Positions 55,601 through 64,000 of a stretch of 64,000 bases of DNA are shown in pieces. The stretch covers positions 62,001 through 126,000 of IMG/VR virus record IMGVR_UViG_3300050120_000361, one strand, 5' to 3'. The notes beneath the pieces are model-generated. The model did not search any database. It worked only from the letters and a program-made list of their open reading frames with translations, and was not told the DNA's origin. Every line of letters starts with the position of its first letter. Within the stretch, counting starts at the first letter, position 1. Position numbers and translations under genes: made by a program.

Positions 55601-58600
55601 AATTCGGGGGCCGGGGCTAACCAGGTTGTCAGGTACGATGGCAGCGGATACATTCAGGCCTACTACATAAATTCGGACTCTCCATCCAGTGAGGGCGGGC
55701 CCATAGGGCAGTTCGTGACCACCAACGGCTCAGACAACTACTACAGACGCCAGAGCTTATCGGCGGTGGCCTCGACAATAGCCACAGCGATAGGCCTTGG
55801 AGGATACCTGCCTCTTTCCGGCGGTACCCTGACTGGGGCCCTGAGCGGCACCACTGCAAATTTCAACGCCAATGTGAACATAATACAGCAGGGAAGCGAC
55901 ACCATAGGCGTAGGCTCGTACATGCAGATTGGGCGCTCGGACTCGGGAATAAGCGCCGGAGTTGTCACGCAACTGAGCTCAGCATACAACATGGATTGGT
56001 GGACCCTGGCCAACGGAGGCGGCTGGACGCGTAGGATGACGCTTGCCAACAACGGCTCAGGGCTGTCGCTCACGGCCGGCTCATACAACGGCGTGCCCTT
56101 TCAGGCGAATGACATAACTGGAGTGCAGAACGCGCCTTTCTGGGCGGGCTCACTGGCAAATCCGGGAAGCGGCCAGCAGACTTTCATGCCTGTAATAGGC
56201 CAATACTCCGTTGTCTCGGGAGTCGGAGGCGCGCACTACATGTCCATTGGCACATGGCGCTCAGGAAATTCTGGATATACCGGGGCCGTTTACATAGCGC
56301 CTGGCGGTGGTTCGGACTCCTATTCAACGGATTACTTCCTGCTCTCGCACGGTGGCGCTATAACGCACAGCTCTGGAACCACCTTCCTGAATTCAGTCAA
56401 TTATGGCACGTGGGCTCTTCCGCTCTCGGCTGGTGCTTCATACCCTTTGACGAACACCCTTTACCTTTCAACAACCGAGGGCGCGCGCACCGTTTCGGAT
56501 GCAGGATACCTGTCATTCTACAATTCTGCTGACTCCTCAAGGACAGGGTACATTCAATTCAACGCCGGCAGCGGCGTGTACATAGCTGCAGAGAACGCCA
56601 CAAGCATAAACCTGCAGGGCGCCCCGGTGGCGATTAACAACACATTGACTGTAACGGTCAACGGCGCAGTGAACCCGCTCCACGTGGTCAACAACATATC
56701 ATCTGGATACACGGGCACCATGCTGTGGGGTCAGGTCGCGCAGGCCACTGGAACCGCTTTCGACCTCATAGGGCTCTACACCTCGACGAACACGCAGAGG
56801 CAGTTCAGCGTTAGCGGCGCGGGCCAGATGAGGCTTGACGGCGCGATGTACGGTACAAGCGCATACCACCAGCTAAACAGGAACGCCCTGACCACTGAGA
56901 ACATGTTCGTCTGGCGCACTGCAGGTACAGAGAAGTGGTATTTCGGCCAGCGCAACAAGAACTCTGAGGATGGGCTGTCGCTTTACAACACGGCGTACGG
57001 CGACGACAACATGTACTTCCACCCGAACGGGACTGTTGACTTTTCCGGCAATCTGAACTTTTCTACCTGGAACGGGCTGACCTACGCGGCCACGAGCTCG
57101 CCGAACAATATAGTGCAGTACAACGGTAGCGGCTACATATTCGCGAACTATTTCAACACGCCATCGGGTGGCGGGGAGCGAAACGCCAGCGGGCTCGGAT
57201 ACGTGGCCGGCTTCAACAGCTCGGACACCTATATCAGGTCCTACAACTCCTCCGCGGTAGCTGGAATGTTGGGGCTGGGCACCGCGGCATACAGCGACAA
57301 GACGCAGCTCTGGTCGGTGTCGCACCCGACCGCCTACTACATCTCGAACACCTGGGACGGAACCTACTGGCAGCTGACGTCCAACCACCCGGCAGCGGTG
57401 AACGTGGGGCACGCGACGAACGCAGACCACGCCACGTCTGCCGCGTACGCGGCCTACCTCCCGACCAACTACATCGGAGGGGTGCAGACGAACCCGCAGA
57501 CCTACTTCGGGAACGGGGCCGGCCTGCAGGTGGCGATGACGGGTTCGGTCGCCACATGGTCCGACACCCTCTGGATAAACGGGTACGCCGGAGGGGACGT
57601 GCCGAACATGGTGGCCATGCACTTCCTCAGGAACGGCACGCCGCGCGCGTTCCTTAGCACGCAGCAGAGCACCGCAACGGCATACGGGTCTTACTACGAG
57701 TTCCTTACAGAATACAACTGGAACAACTACGCGCCATCGCTGACCGGCGCAGGGGCGTCCGGCTCCTGGGGCATCAACATTACCGGTTCTTCGATATATT
57801 CAGGTTCTTCTGGCTACTCACAATATGTTGATTTATTGGCGGGTAGAACTGACGCAGCTTCTTATCCCGTACTGTGGGGCGTATCGCAGGGCACAAATCC
57901 GCACACGGGAAATCCAGGCACTTTCGCCTTCTCCTGCGCCGCGGTTACGATAAACTCGAGCACGGGAACCCTAAGCGCCACCAACCTCAGCGCCTCAAAC
58001 TCAATAGGCGTGGCCGGCAGCCCTGGCTCGACACTCGGCTACTACGCCAACGGGCAGCTCTTCGGTGGGTGGGAGGTGTTGGCGGGCTACTACATCGACC
58101 CGTCTAACGGCGCCTACAGGGCCCCAAACGGCGCGGCTCTGGCCGGGTACTATTTCCAAACATACAATGGCGCGGCCACGCAGCTATACGTGGGCCTTAC
58201 CGGAACCTACGCCGGCAGGGTCGGGATAGGCACAACCACGCCGGGGTACAACCTGGACGCCGGTACGGGAAATATAGGGGCCGGCGGCTTCTACTCATCG
58301 GCTTCCCAGTCGTCCATATGGGGTTACGGCTCGAGCGGCACGGGCTCGGGATACAGCACCTCTGACTGGGGCGTTTGGTCCGCGAGGTCCGGCGGCCCGA
58401 CGCTCGGCTTCCACTACCAGGGGGTCGTGGCCTCCACCATAGGCATAGAGGCCAGCGGGCGCATAGCCATCAGGAACAATCCCGGAACGGGTTACGAAAA
58501 CTTCATAGCCAATAATATACAGGCTGCATCAGCTTTGCAAGCAGATAGGGTTTTCGCGGGTTATGACAGCGGTGTGAGCGGCTCTGTTAGCGCTTCCGGC

Positions 58601-59407
58601 TGGTTCAGGTGCTCCGGCCCGACCGGGCTGTACAACGCCTCGTACGCCGTGGGGATTTACGCCGGGGACGCCTCCACAATGCACCTGTACGGCTCGAGCG
58701 GCTCGTCTTTCGGATTGAAGATGTCCTACAACGGGGAAAGCTCCACCACTGGGTACCTTTACGGGGACTCCTCTGGTTTCGGACTGCTCACCACTTCTGG
58801 CGGATGGGGACTCAGGATGACTGGAGGCGGGGACGTTCAGGCAATGTCCTCGGTATCCGCGCCTGTGGTGTACTCAACCTCGGACGGCTTCCACAGCCAA
58901 TCGGTTAAGGGCATTGCCGGAAACTACGTGGCGCAGGGGAACACGCAAATGATTATATGGACAATTGGGGACAGTTGGAACACTCTCGCCAACATGTACG
59001 GCCTCACCTACACGTACGGCGCTACCTTCTCTGACCATGAAATCTCAATAGCAGAGGCTGGGACAGTGAACATATCATTCGCCATGGGAGGCAGGGGGTG
59101 GTTCCGCAACGACGTCACAGCATCGGCCTTCTACCAGTCGTCCTCCCGCTCGCTGAAGACCGCCATAAGGGATACCCGAATAAACGCATTGGACCTGGTG
59201 CGAGGGCTCCGCGTCAGGGACTACGTGTACAGGGAGCGCCCTTCGGAGAGGCGCGTGGGCGTGATAGCCGAGGAGGCGCCCAGGGAGTTCCTCAGCCAGG
59301 CGGGCGACTCGGTCAACCTCCAGGACTCTCTGATGATAGCCCTGAAGGCCATACAGGAATTGAACGCTAAAGTGGAGGACCTTCAATGCCGACTTGGGCA
59401 GGCCTGA
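52604..59407 (+). CDS. Long tail fibre (2267 aa) with C-terminal peptidase S74 intramolecular chaperone
   Basis: G/S/A/T/N-rich; GQTNAANNGVW...AWTR, LVSGTNIKNIN, YLPLSGGTLTG, GRVGIGTTTP, SGWFR..G.TG.YN; C-terminal SSRSLKTAI...GVIAEE...LKAIQEL coiled coil. Confidence 0.9.
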   Translation: MTLRTKHRSDEVGQVDERLAISVQLGIPTYTADPTPSPTDAEGGYANTPIYWNTALGSLRLNPGGLGWQSLGAVSPGSGIDITSGIASLGAPVTRDTDLDGVHKTRIGDITGGKSYVSIDPANSQAVLQSLSGGVSAFSGAYGGNAQMGVSQPGAHSYVYVDPSQMVVSDTINSRGLINGGDYEANFVARSLVTYQWASAQNALYMPKTGGTFTGDVQITTPPVNGTSAINKNYADSIAMGVVWIGADTDSGSNVTLSGEQVLSGYLTSNSRAFLHGQTNAANNGVWLTSGGAWTRTSDASTPSQLVRCAVIIDAGNNAGQTWLNTNSSIVLGTTAITFTRAGGLNYINGTGIAIAASTISLDLTYTDARYALNSWGIQSFTTSGSSGTPTFSGGTLNVPAYTLTGLGGQAALVSGTNIKNINSASLLGGGNIALQTPLVAGTDYLTPTGSAAGLVSFPTFNQNTTGNSATSTKLATGRSIQGVLFDGTSDISILNGTGLVRMAGTSISYDNSTYITSAGADGLYLPLHGTADNSALWNGLAYYGGGLVASVLYAMAYDGTNNRQGPANAAQMQGWLGLGSAAYLNASASAAANAVVQRDGSGYINNTYILTTDDSSSALGYMVGKSPSDNYHRTYAVGTVQSWLGLGARAYDSAAYLPLHAEADNSALWNGNSYTPVSYSGALQYILGYDQSASTWKPSTAASISYFLGLGSNAFDSAAYLPLHSTADAATLWGGQQANLSTTVSSIANMVAQQPGGSVAVASLGQVQGWLGLGSNAYNSTAYLPLHAKADSSATADMGYAMAVQDFDRPMSVVTPNFNGGHQMRLDFVNSAVIGGATGNFGGVVTLIPYDGNTASTGDASYQLGFVGTGANGSGTPRMVIRKGIDATWNGWHEMLTDSNYSSYSPTLTGGGASGVWGISVTGNAATANSATTAGSAGNSTLWNGYDNQFASGVRSDIAPSSINGFYSNGHVYQFAANQVQSFLGLGTAAYLNATTAGNSGAGANQVVRYDGSGYIQAYYINSDSPSSEGGPIGQFVTTNGSDNYYRRQSLSAVASTIATAIGLGGYLPLSGGTLTGALSGTTANFNANVNIIQQGSDTIGVGSYMQIGRSDSGISAGVVTQLSSAYNMDWWTLANGGGWTRRMTLANNGSGLSLTAGSYNGVPFQANDITGVQNAPFWAGSLANPGSGQQTFMPVIGQYSVVSGVGGAHYMSIGTWRSGNSGYTGAVYIAPGGGSDSYSTDYFLLSHGGAITHSSGTTFLNSVNYGTWALPLSAGASYPLTNTLYLSTTEGARTVSDAGYLSFYNSADSSRTGYIQFNAGSGVYIAAENATSINLQGAPVAINNTLTVTVNGAVNPLHVVNNISSGYTGTMLWGQVAQATGTAFDLIGLYTSTNTQRQFSVSGAGQMRLDGAMYGTSAYHQLNRNALTTENMFVWRTAGTEKWYFGQRNKNSEDGLSLYNTAYGDDNMYFHPNGTVDFSGNLNFSTWNGLTYAATSSPNNIVQYNGSGYIFANYFNTPSGGGERNASGLGYVAGFNSSDTYIRSYNSSAVAGMLGLGTAAYSDKTQLWSVSHPTAYYISNTWDGTYWQLTSNHPAAVNVGHATNADHATSAAYAAYLPTNYIGGVQTNPQTYFGNGAGLQVAMTGSVATWSDTLWINGYAGGDVPNMVAMHFLRNGTPRAFLSTQQSTATAYGSYYEFLTEYNWNNYAPSLTGAGASGSWGINITGSSIYSGSSGYSQYVDLLAGRTDAASYPVLWGVSQGTNPHTGNPGTFAFSCAAVTINSSTGTLSATNLSASNSIGVAGSPGSTLGYYANGQLFGGWEVLAGYYIDPSNGAYRAPNGAALAGYYFQTYNGAATQLYVGLTGTYAGRVGIGTTTPGYNLDAGTGNIGAGGFYSSASQSSIWGYGSSGTGSGYSTSDWGVWSARSGGPTLGFHYQGVVASTIGIEASGRIAIRNNPGTGYENFIANNIQAASALQADRVFAGYDSGVSGSVSASGWFRCSGPTGLYNASYAVGIYAGDASTMHLYGSSGSSFGLKMSYNGESSTTGYLYGDSSGFGLLTTSGGWGLRMTGGGDVQAMSSVSAPVVYSTSDGFHSQSVKGIAGNYVAQGNTQMIIWTIGDSWNTLANMYGLTYTYGATFSDHEISIAEAGTVNISFAMGGRGWFRNDVTASAFYQSSSRSLKTAIRDTRINALDLVRGLRVRDYVYRERPSERRVGVIAEEAPREFLSQAGDSVNLQDSLMIALKAIQELNAKVEDLQCRLGQA
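54170..57300 (+). repeat. Degenerate protein-level repeats within the tail fibre
   Basis: LGLGxxA(Y/F) six times, YLPLHxxAD four times, V(Q/R)x(D/N)GSGYI...SD(N/T)YxR three times. Confidence 0.8.
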
Positions 59408-60258
59408 GCTCCAACCAGCTGGTTGACCGGGCGGCGATAGCCGACGCAGTAACCAACCAGGCCCTGTTCTACAATTCGGGGCAGTCAACGAGCGGCAGCC
59501 AGTGCGTCGGCGTCGCCGACGCCGAAACGATACTGCAGCTTGACCCGTCGGGAATGCCGACCGATGGGAGCATGCCCGTGAAGTCGGATTTCCTGAACTA
59601 CCAAACAGAAGTAAACGTATACAACAATCAGCAGACGAGTCCTGCCTTCGTGCCTTGCGTGACCTTCTTCGGAATAGACGGAGTTAACCAGGACACCATT
59701 GTGGCGAGCCAGACCGTGACGCATTTGGTCAGGGGCGGTCAGGGGATAAACGTTGTTTTGAACATGGGAGGCGGCTCACCAGACTTCGGCGCGCTCGCGC
59801 CTTCGCTTCGTGTGCAGGTTTACAGGAACGGAACGCTCATATACGACCAGGCCCAGGACGTTAATGCTGGCAACCTTTCATGGGCGATTATAGCCGACCC
59901 GAACGTAATATACGACATATACTGCTTCTCGCAGTCCTACTCCGGGCCATGGTACATATTCAACAGGTGCGGCTACGACATCACCCTCTATCTTTTCGCG
60001 ACAGACACGAGCTACACGATAGGCGACGGTTCAGGCCAGGATGTAACTTCGCTTCTCGGCTTCAGCTCAAACGACACCTTCGACCTTTACCCAACGGTGG
60101 ACGGTAACTACGAGGTGGACTCCAGCACAGGCGCGGTAGTGTCCTTTGAGACGGGGCTCTCGGCCCCTACTGAGGCCATGTGGTCGGGCTTCATGCCATA
60201 CACGATAGAGCAGCTGATGATACAGGGCGCGAGCAGCGTGGCAGTGTACAAGTTCTGA
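59386..60258 (+). CDS. Fibre-tip/adhesin-associated protein
   Basis: Overlaps the end of the S74 gene; MPTWAGLSSNQLV...C...PVKSD N-terminal motif, Ig-like beta composition. Confidence 0.6.
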   Translation: MPTWAGLSSNQLVDRAAIADAVTNQALFYNSGQSTSGSQCVGVADAETILQLDPSGMPTDGSMPVKSDFLNYQTEVNVYNNQQTSPAFVPCVTFFGIDGVNQDTIVASQTVTHLVRGGQGINVVLNMGGGSPDFGALAPSLRVQVYRNGTLIYDQAQDVNAGNLSWAIIADPNVIYDIYCFSQSYSGPWYIFNRCGYDITLYLFATDTSYTIGDGSGQDVTSLLGFSSNDTFDLYPTVDGNYEVDSSTGAVVSFETGLSAPTEAMWSGFMPYTIEQLMIQGASSVAVYKF

Positions 60259-60339
60259 GCCAGCCGATAAAGGGGACGCGGTTCTGGATAAACGCGCAAA
60301 GAACTAACAGGTAAATAGTAATTAGAACCCAATAAGGAA

Positions 60340-60711
60340 ATGACAACAAAAGACTTGACCCCCAAAGCGGGTCTGAATCGGGAGGCGACAATCACGCTCC
60401 AGGGTGTGACGATAAAGCACTCAGTGCACTACACCTCAACAGACGGCGCCATAGACATCGAGGGCAAGGACGCCTACATACAGATCAACAATGGCATGCC
60501 GCACCAGACGGCGATGATAGGCGCACAGTCCCCAGCCTCCGCCGCCCTGACCCAGCAGCAGGTGGCGGACAACAAGCTCGCGGCCGCCATTGAAGAGTAC
60601 GTAGCCGCAAACTACGACGACCTCGTAACAGCGCCTCCAACCACTATCACTGCTCAGCCCGCCGCTTCCGCACAGCCAGCAGCTTCAGCGACTAACACGG
60701 CAAAACCGTAA
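60340..60711 (+). CDS. Small fibre-associated protein
   Basis: 123 aa, A/Q/P-rich tail. Confidence 0.6.
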   Translation: MTTKDLTPKAGLNREATITLQGVTIKHSVHYTSTDGAIDIEGKDAYIQINNGMPHQTAMIGAQSPASAALTQQQVADNKLAAAIEEYVAANYDDLVTAPPTTITAQPAASAQPAASATNTAKP

Positions 60712-60744
60712 GACAAACAAATAACACCAGATAACAATAAAACC

Positions 60745-61254
60745 ATGCTCAAAAAAGACAAATTCGACCTAACAATAGGCGAAATATTCGCCATAGAGAC
60801 TCAGATAGCTGTGCTCCGCTCATTCCCAACACTGCCAATGGACCTGGCAAACAACATCAATATGAACTGGCCCATTGTAAAGAAATTGACAAAGGCGCAC
60901 AACGAAAAGGTTGAGCTTATTGACGAACGCGCAAAGGACCGGGCAGCAATTATCGAAAAGGACAAGGAGGACGGAAAACCACTGAACCCTGAACACGCGA
61001 CAGCTGAGAAGAAGGACCAGGAAGAGCGCGAAAAGCTAAACAAGGTGAAGTTTACCAAGCTCGAATTGAACACAGTAAGCGCCTCCGACTTCAAGGACGA
61101 TGAGGGGAAGACCATACAGATAACCGGCGACAAGCAGGTAGCGCAGAGCGAGAACCGGGTGATGGTTTTCGCCTACAGGGACGCCTACTTCTTCCTCGAG
61201 GAAATGGGCCTCATAGTACAGTCTACGGAGTCTCCCGGGCCCAAAAAGCCCTAA
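60745..61254 (+). CDS. DUF1617-like helical protein, putative fibre chaperone
   Basis: LTIGEI..I...L...TLP..LA.NI..N...; charged coiled coil; C-terminal FLEEMGLI. Confidence 0.45.
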   Translation: MLKKDKFDLTIGEIFAIETQIAVLRSFPTLPMDLANNINMNWPIVKKLTKAHNEKVELIDERAKDRAAIIEKDKEDGKPLNPEHATAEKKDQEEREKLNKVKFTKLELNTVSASDFKDDEGKTIQITGDKQVAQSENRVMVFAYRDAYFFLEEMGLIVQSTESPGPKKP

Positions 61255-61289
61255 AACGAATAACTGATGCTAAATGAACACTTTAGGCG

Positions 61290-61319
61290 AGGCACGGCGG
61301 GATTTTCTCGTCCGTGCCT
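61290..61319 (+). terminator. Hairpin, probable terminator
   Basis: AGGCACGG...CCGTGCCT stem, followed by TGT. Confidence 0.55.
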
Positions 61320-61377
61320 TGTCCGTATATAGCCTGAAACCCCTAATAGCCATTATACCCCAACAAAATAAGGAAAA

Positions 61378-61980
61378 ATGAAACCGACAAAGACATTAGC
61401 CTCAATAGCCGTGATACTTTTCGCGGTCGTTCTGTGCTTCGTGCCGCCGCGCAGCGGATACCCAGAAGCCAAGTACCAAACGCCCGTTCCCGCGCCGGCC
61501 CAAAAGCCAGACACCGCCAAGCGCGCCGACGCGGACGCCAAGCAGTTCGCCCTGATAACTCAGAAGAAGAACCAGATAGGCTATGAGAGCAAGCAGGTGC
61601 GGTACAGGGCGCACACGGTAGAGGACATATACAGGCTGCAGGTGCAGACTTACAACACACTTGAGCAGAGCCACGACCTGACCAAGAAGGAGATACTGAA
61701 GAACGACACGCTCAGGGGACAGGCGATAATACTCACGAAGTACGCCAAGGAGCAGGAGCGCTACTCCCAGAAGCTTCTAAAGGGGCAGAACGACATGCGC
61801 AGGACGCTCATAACGTACGGGCAGTTCAAGCATGAAATCGAAATAGTGGAGAACTTCCTGACGAAATCGGCGTACCTGGTATCCATTCTCGGGCTTCTGA
61901 TGTTCGCCGTGAGGGTGGGGCTGCGCGAGTGGTACAAGCGCAACAGGCACCGGGCGCCAAAAGAGAACCTTCAGCAGTAA
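61378..61980 (+). CDS. Membrane protein: N-terminal TM/signal, coiled coil, C-terminal TM
   Basis: LASIAVILFAVVLCFV and YLVSILGLLMFAV. Confidence 0.65.
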   Translation: MKPTKTLASIAVILFAVVLCFVPPRSGYPEAKYQTPVPAPAQKPDTAKRADADAKQFALITQKKNQIGYESKQVRYRAHTVEDIYRLQVQTYNTLEQSHDLTKKEILKNDTLRGQAIILTKYAKEQERYSQKLLKGQNDMRRTLITYGQFKHEIEIVENFLTKSAYLVSILGLLMFAVRVGLREWYKRNRHRAPKENLQQ

Positions 61981-62088
61981 CCTTCCGATACTAATTGCGC
62001 CAATCCGCAGCGCCGAGCCATTTCCCTTGAAGGGCGGGGCATCCCAAATAACACAATAAACCTAAGAGAAACAACAAAAAACAGAACT

Positions 62089-62418
62089 ATGACCGCCAAG
62101 GTAATCAAGAAAATAACCGGTAAGCGAGGGGAGACGGGGTGGGTGTCGGACGTGCAGGAGAGCTTTTTCTGGAGCGGGGTGGTTTCATTTCTGATGATAT
62201 TCGCGTTCGACCTGGAATTCGTGGAAAAGGGCTTCGGGGCGTACATACTTCTGGCGAAGGCCATGAACACAGGCGTGTGCTGGTTCTGCTTCATAATGGG
62301 AAGCAGGAAGACATTGAACGTGCTTTCCCAGTTCATGAAGCTCTTCAACGCGATAAAGCGCGGCGACGAGAGGCTGGCCGAGGACGAAGAGGAGGCAGGA
62401 ACGCCAGAAACAGAGTAA
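62089..62418 (+). CDS. Holin-like small membrane protein
   Basis: Two TM segments, charged C-terminal tail. Confidence 0.4.
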   Translation: MTAKVIKKITGKRGETGWVSDVQESFFWSGVVSFLMIFAFDLEFVEKGFGAYILLAKAMNTGVCWFCFIMGSRKTLNVLSQFMKLFNAIKRGDERLAEDEEEAGTPETE

Positions 62419-62436
62419 GACCAAAAACAAATAACC

Positions 62437-62856
62437 ATGAACACCACTATCAGCCACCCCGACAAGCAGCAGCTCATTGAAATGAGTCTCAGCTCCTACT
62501 ACGTATGGATAATACTCGGCGCGACCGCTTTTACAGCCGCTGGTTGGGTGTGGTGCATGGCAATAAACAGGAGGCAGGGCGTCGGCTCCTTTAACATGGG
62601 AAACCTGCTGTACCTAACATCTTACCTCCTGCTCATTGGCAGGAACGTGTACCTCTGCCTGCAGGGCCCCAACATGCGGGACGCGCTGGCCATAAGGCTC
62701 ACGCTCACGATAACGCTCCTGCAGCTCGGCGCCGTCGCGTGGTTCGTGATGACCTACTACTGGAACAGGCAGCAGAAGAACGAGTGGGGCGGAAGCCGGA
62801 GCATAGGCGCATTCGACGCGCAAATGGACAAAACCGGCGATAACGACAAAAAGTAA
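62437..62856 (+). CDS. Three-TM membrane protein
   Basis: Three hydrophobic helices. Confidence 0.6.
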   Translation: MNTTISHPDKQQLIEMSLSSYYVWIILGATAFTAAGWVWCMAINRRQGVGSFNMGNLLYLTSYLLLIGRNVYLCLQGPNMRDALAIRLTLTITLLQLGAVAWFVMTYYWNRQQKNEWGGSRSIGAFDAQMDKTGDNDKK

Positions 62857-62887
62857 ATAGGTTTCAGGACCAAAACAAATACAGAAC

Positions 62888-64000
62888 ATGAGCAATTTTC
62901 TCGAGCTTCCATTCGGAATTAAGACATTAACCCCAACACCAGTGATATACTGGGAAGGCCCGTATTCATCCATAGCGGCCGCGAACGCCGCGGTGCCTTT
63001 GGGCGTGCGTTACCCATCCATGACTGTGCGAATAGTCCCTGGCGGCAACACGGCACCGTACATGGCCATGTGGGGCAATGACGTTTCGGACAACGGGCTC
63101 GCGGCGGTGCAGACGGGCGGCGGAGGGGGGAACGTGCAGCCGGTTTCTGGAACTTACGCGGAATTGACGGCTCTGGCCCAGGCGGGTTCATTGGTCCCAG
63201 GCGGCAGGTACCTGCTCACGGACTACAAGACGAGCTGGTGGTCGCCGGCCGACAGCCAGGCGCACACCGCGGATGTCGGCGAGACTTTGGTCCTTTTGGC
63301 GGCGAACGCAAACATATTCTCAAGAATAGCGCAGTCTCTCCAGAACCCAGACGATGAGCTCATATACGAATTCGCCTACAACAACCTGAGCGTAGGCTTT
63401 GAAATAAACTACCCCGTTACCGGCCGCATAATACGGCGCACTGACGTTCGGGGCAACCAGATAAACTTCGACTTCGTGGCGATACAGTTCGCCGGCGTGC
63501 CGGTTTTCGACCCGGACGCCCAGTGCGCCAACAACGTCATAGTCGGCAGCTTCGGCTTCACCGGGACCAACCAGCAGAACCCGGTAGCCGTCATGATACC
63601 GCTAATATACCCAATGGCCATAGCCGCCGGCGCTAACGAGAACTTCATAGACTCTGGCTCCCAGAACATAACCATAGGCGCGGGCTCATGCGGCAACAGG
63701 ATAGGGAAGAACGTCGGGCAGCAGCACGGATACGTAATATCACCGGGCTCTAACAACAACACGGTGGCCGACAACGCCAACCAGGGCGTGGCCGGAATAA
63801 TTGGCTCGGGCTCGAGCTACAATTTACTCGGGAACGGCGTCAGCCGCATAGGCTCGGGATGCTCGCACAACACGGTGCATGACGGCTGGAGCGCGGACAT
63901 AGCCTTCAACAACGGCGGCTCGAGCGGCAACGAAATAGGCCTGAAGGGCAACAGCGGCGGAAGCGGCATAGTGCTCGGCGGCGGCTGCGCCAACAACAAG
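62888..64000 (+). CDS. Tail spike/beta-helix structural protein, truncated by the window edge
   Basis: Absent from the track (no stop). MSNFLELPFGIK...TYAELTALAQAGSLVPGGRYLLTDY...GRIIRRTD, then N-x-I-G-x-G beta-helix repeats. Confidence 0.75.
   Translation, partial: MSNFLELPFGIKTLTPTPVIYWEGPYSSIAAANAAVPLGVRYPSMTVRIVPGGNTAPYMAMWGNDVSDNGLAAVQTGGGGGNVQPVSGTYAELTALAQAGSLVPGGRYLLTDYKTSWWSPADSQAHTADVGETLVLLAANANIFSRIAQSLQNPDDELIYEFAYNNLSVGFEINYPVTGRIIRRTDVRGNQINFDFVAIQFAGVPVFDPDAQCANNVIVGSFGFTGTNQQNPVAVMIPLIYPMAIAAGANENFIDSGSQNITIGAGSCGNRIGKNVGQQHGYVISPGSNNNTVADNANQGVAGIIGSGSSYNLLGNGVSRIGSGCSHNTVHDGWSADIAFNNGGSSGNEIGLKGNSGGSGIVLGGGCANNK

Noticed and set aside
54170-57300. CRISPR array, DGR or shufflon suggested by repeats in the fibre gene
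   Set aside because: The repeats are degenerate, in frame and conserved at protein level; there are no identical repeat-spacer units, reverse transcriptase, invertase or inverted cassettes in the window.
1-64000. Eukaryotic NCLDV or bacterial chromosome origin (topo II, RFC-like, kinase, AEP primase)
   Set aside because: The gp17-type terminase, contractile-tail baseplate genes, S74 fibre, sigma factor, coupled operons and intrinsic terminators indicate a tailed bacteriophage; no integrase or host housekeeping context is present.

Overview
This 64 kb window is part of a large lytic, T4-like myovirus (jumbo-phage style gene content), most likely infecting a Bacteroidota host. Host clues are a DUF3127-type SSB, a BT0820-like HAD, a signal peptide exposing Gln at +1, and mostly A-rich translation starts without Shine-Dalgarno sites. 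Bases 1-44189 are all on the minus strand. Replication, repair and packaging genes there include an AEP-primase/SF2-helicase fusion (cut by the left edge), two separated topoisomerase II subunits, an amber-interrupted Vsr, terminase large subunit, RNase H/5'-exonuclease, dNMP kinase, clamp loader, UvsW helicase, a gp32-like SSB and RuvC. The minus arm also has two tRNAs (Leu-GAG, Gln-TTG), an XRE/ECF-sigma fusion, many accessory genes (ADP-ribosyltransferase, protein kinase, papain-fold peptidase, MazG, secreted nuclease) and some tail/baseplate genes. From 44419 the plus strand carries baseplate wedge genes, two paralogous tail-fibre cassettes (one a 2267-aa fibre with a C-terminal S74 chaperone), membrane/holin-like genes and a truncated beta-helix spike. 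The best candidates for novelty are: a six-cysteine knottin-pattern micro-ORF missing from the ORF track; a candidate late-transcription module (gp33-like protein with an RB69-type clamp motif, XRE-sigma fusion, recurrent intergenic CCGATAA); a C-terminal DILN tail shared by RNase H and SSB; and an anti-defence/PTM gene set that includes an orphan DUF6527-like gene. All functional calls come from motif recognition by eye; no database search was run.
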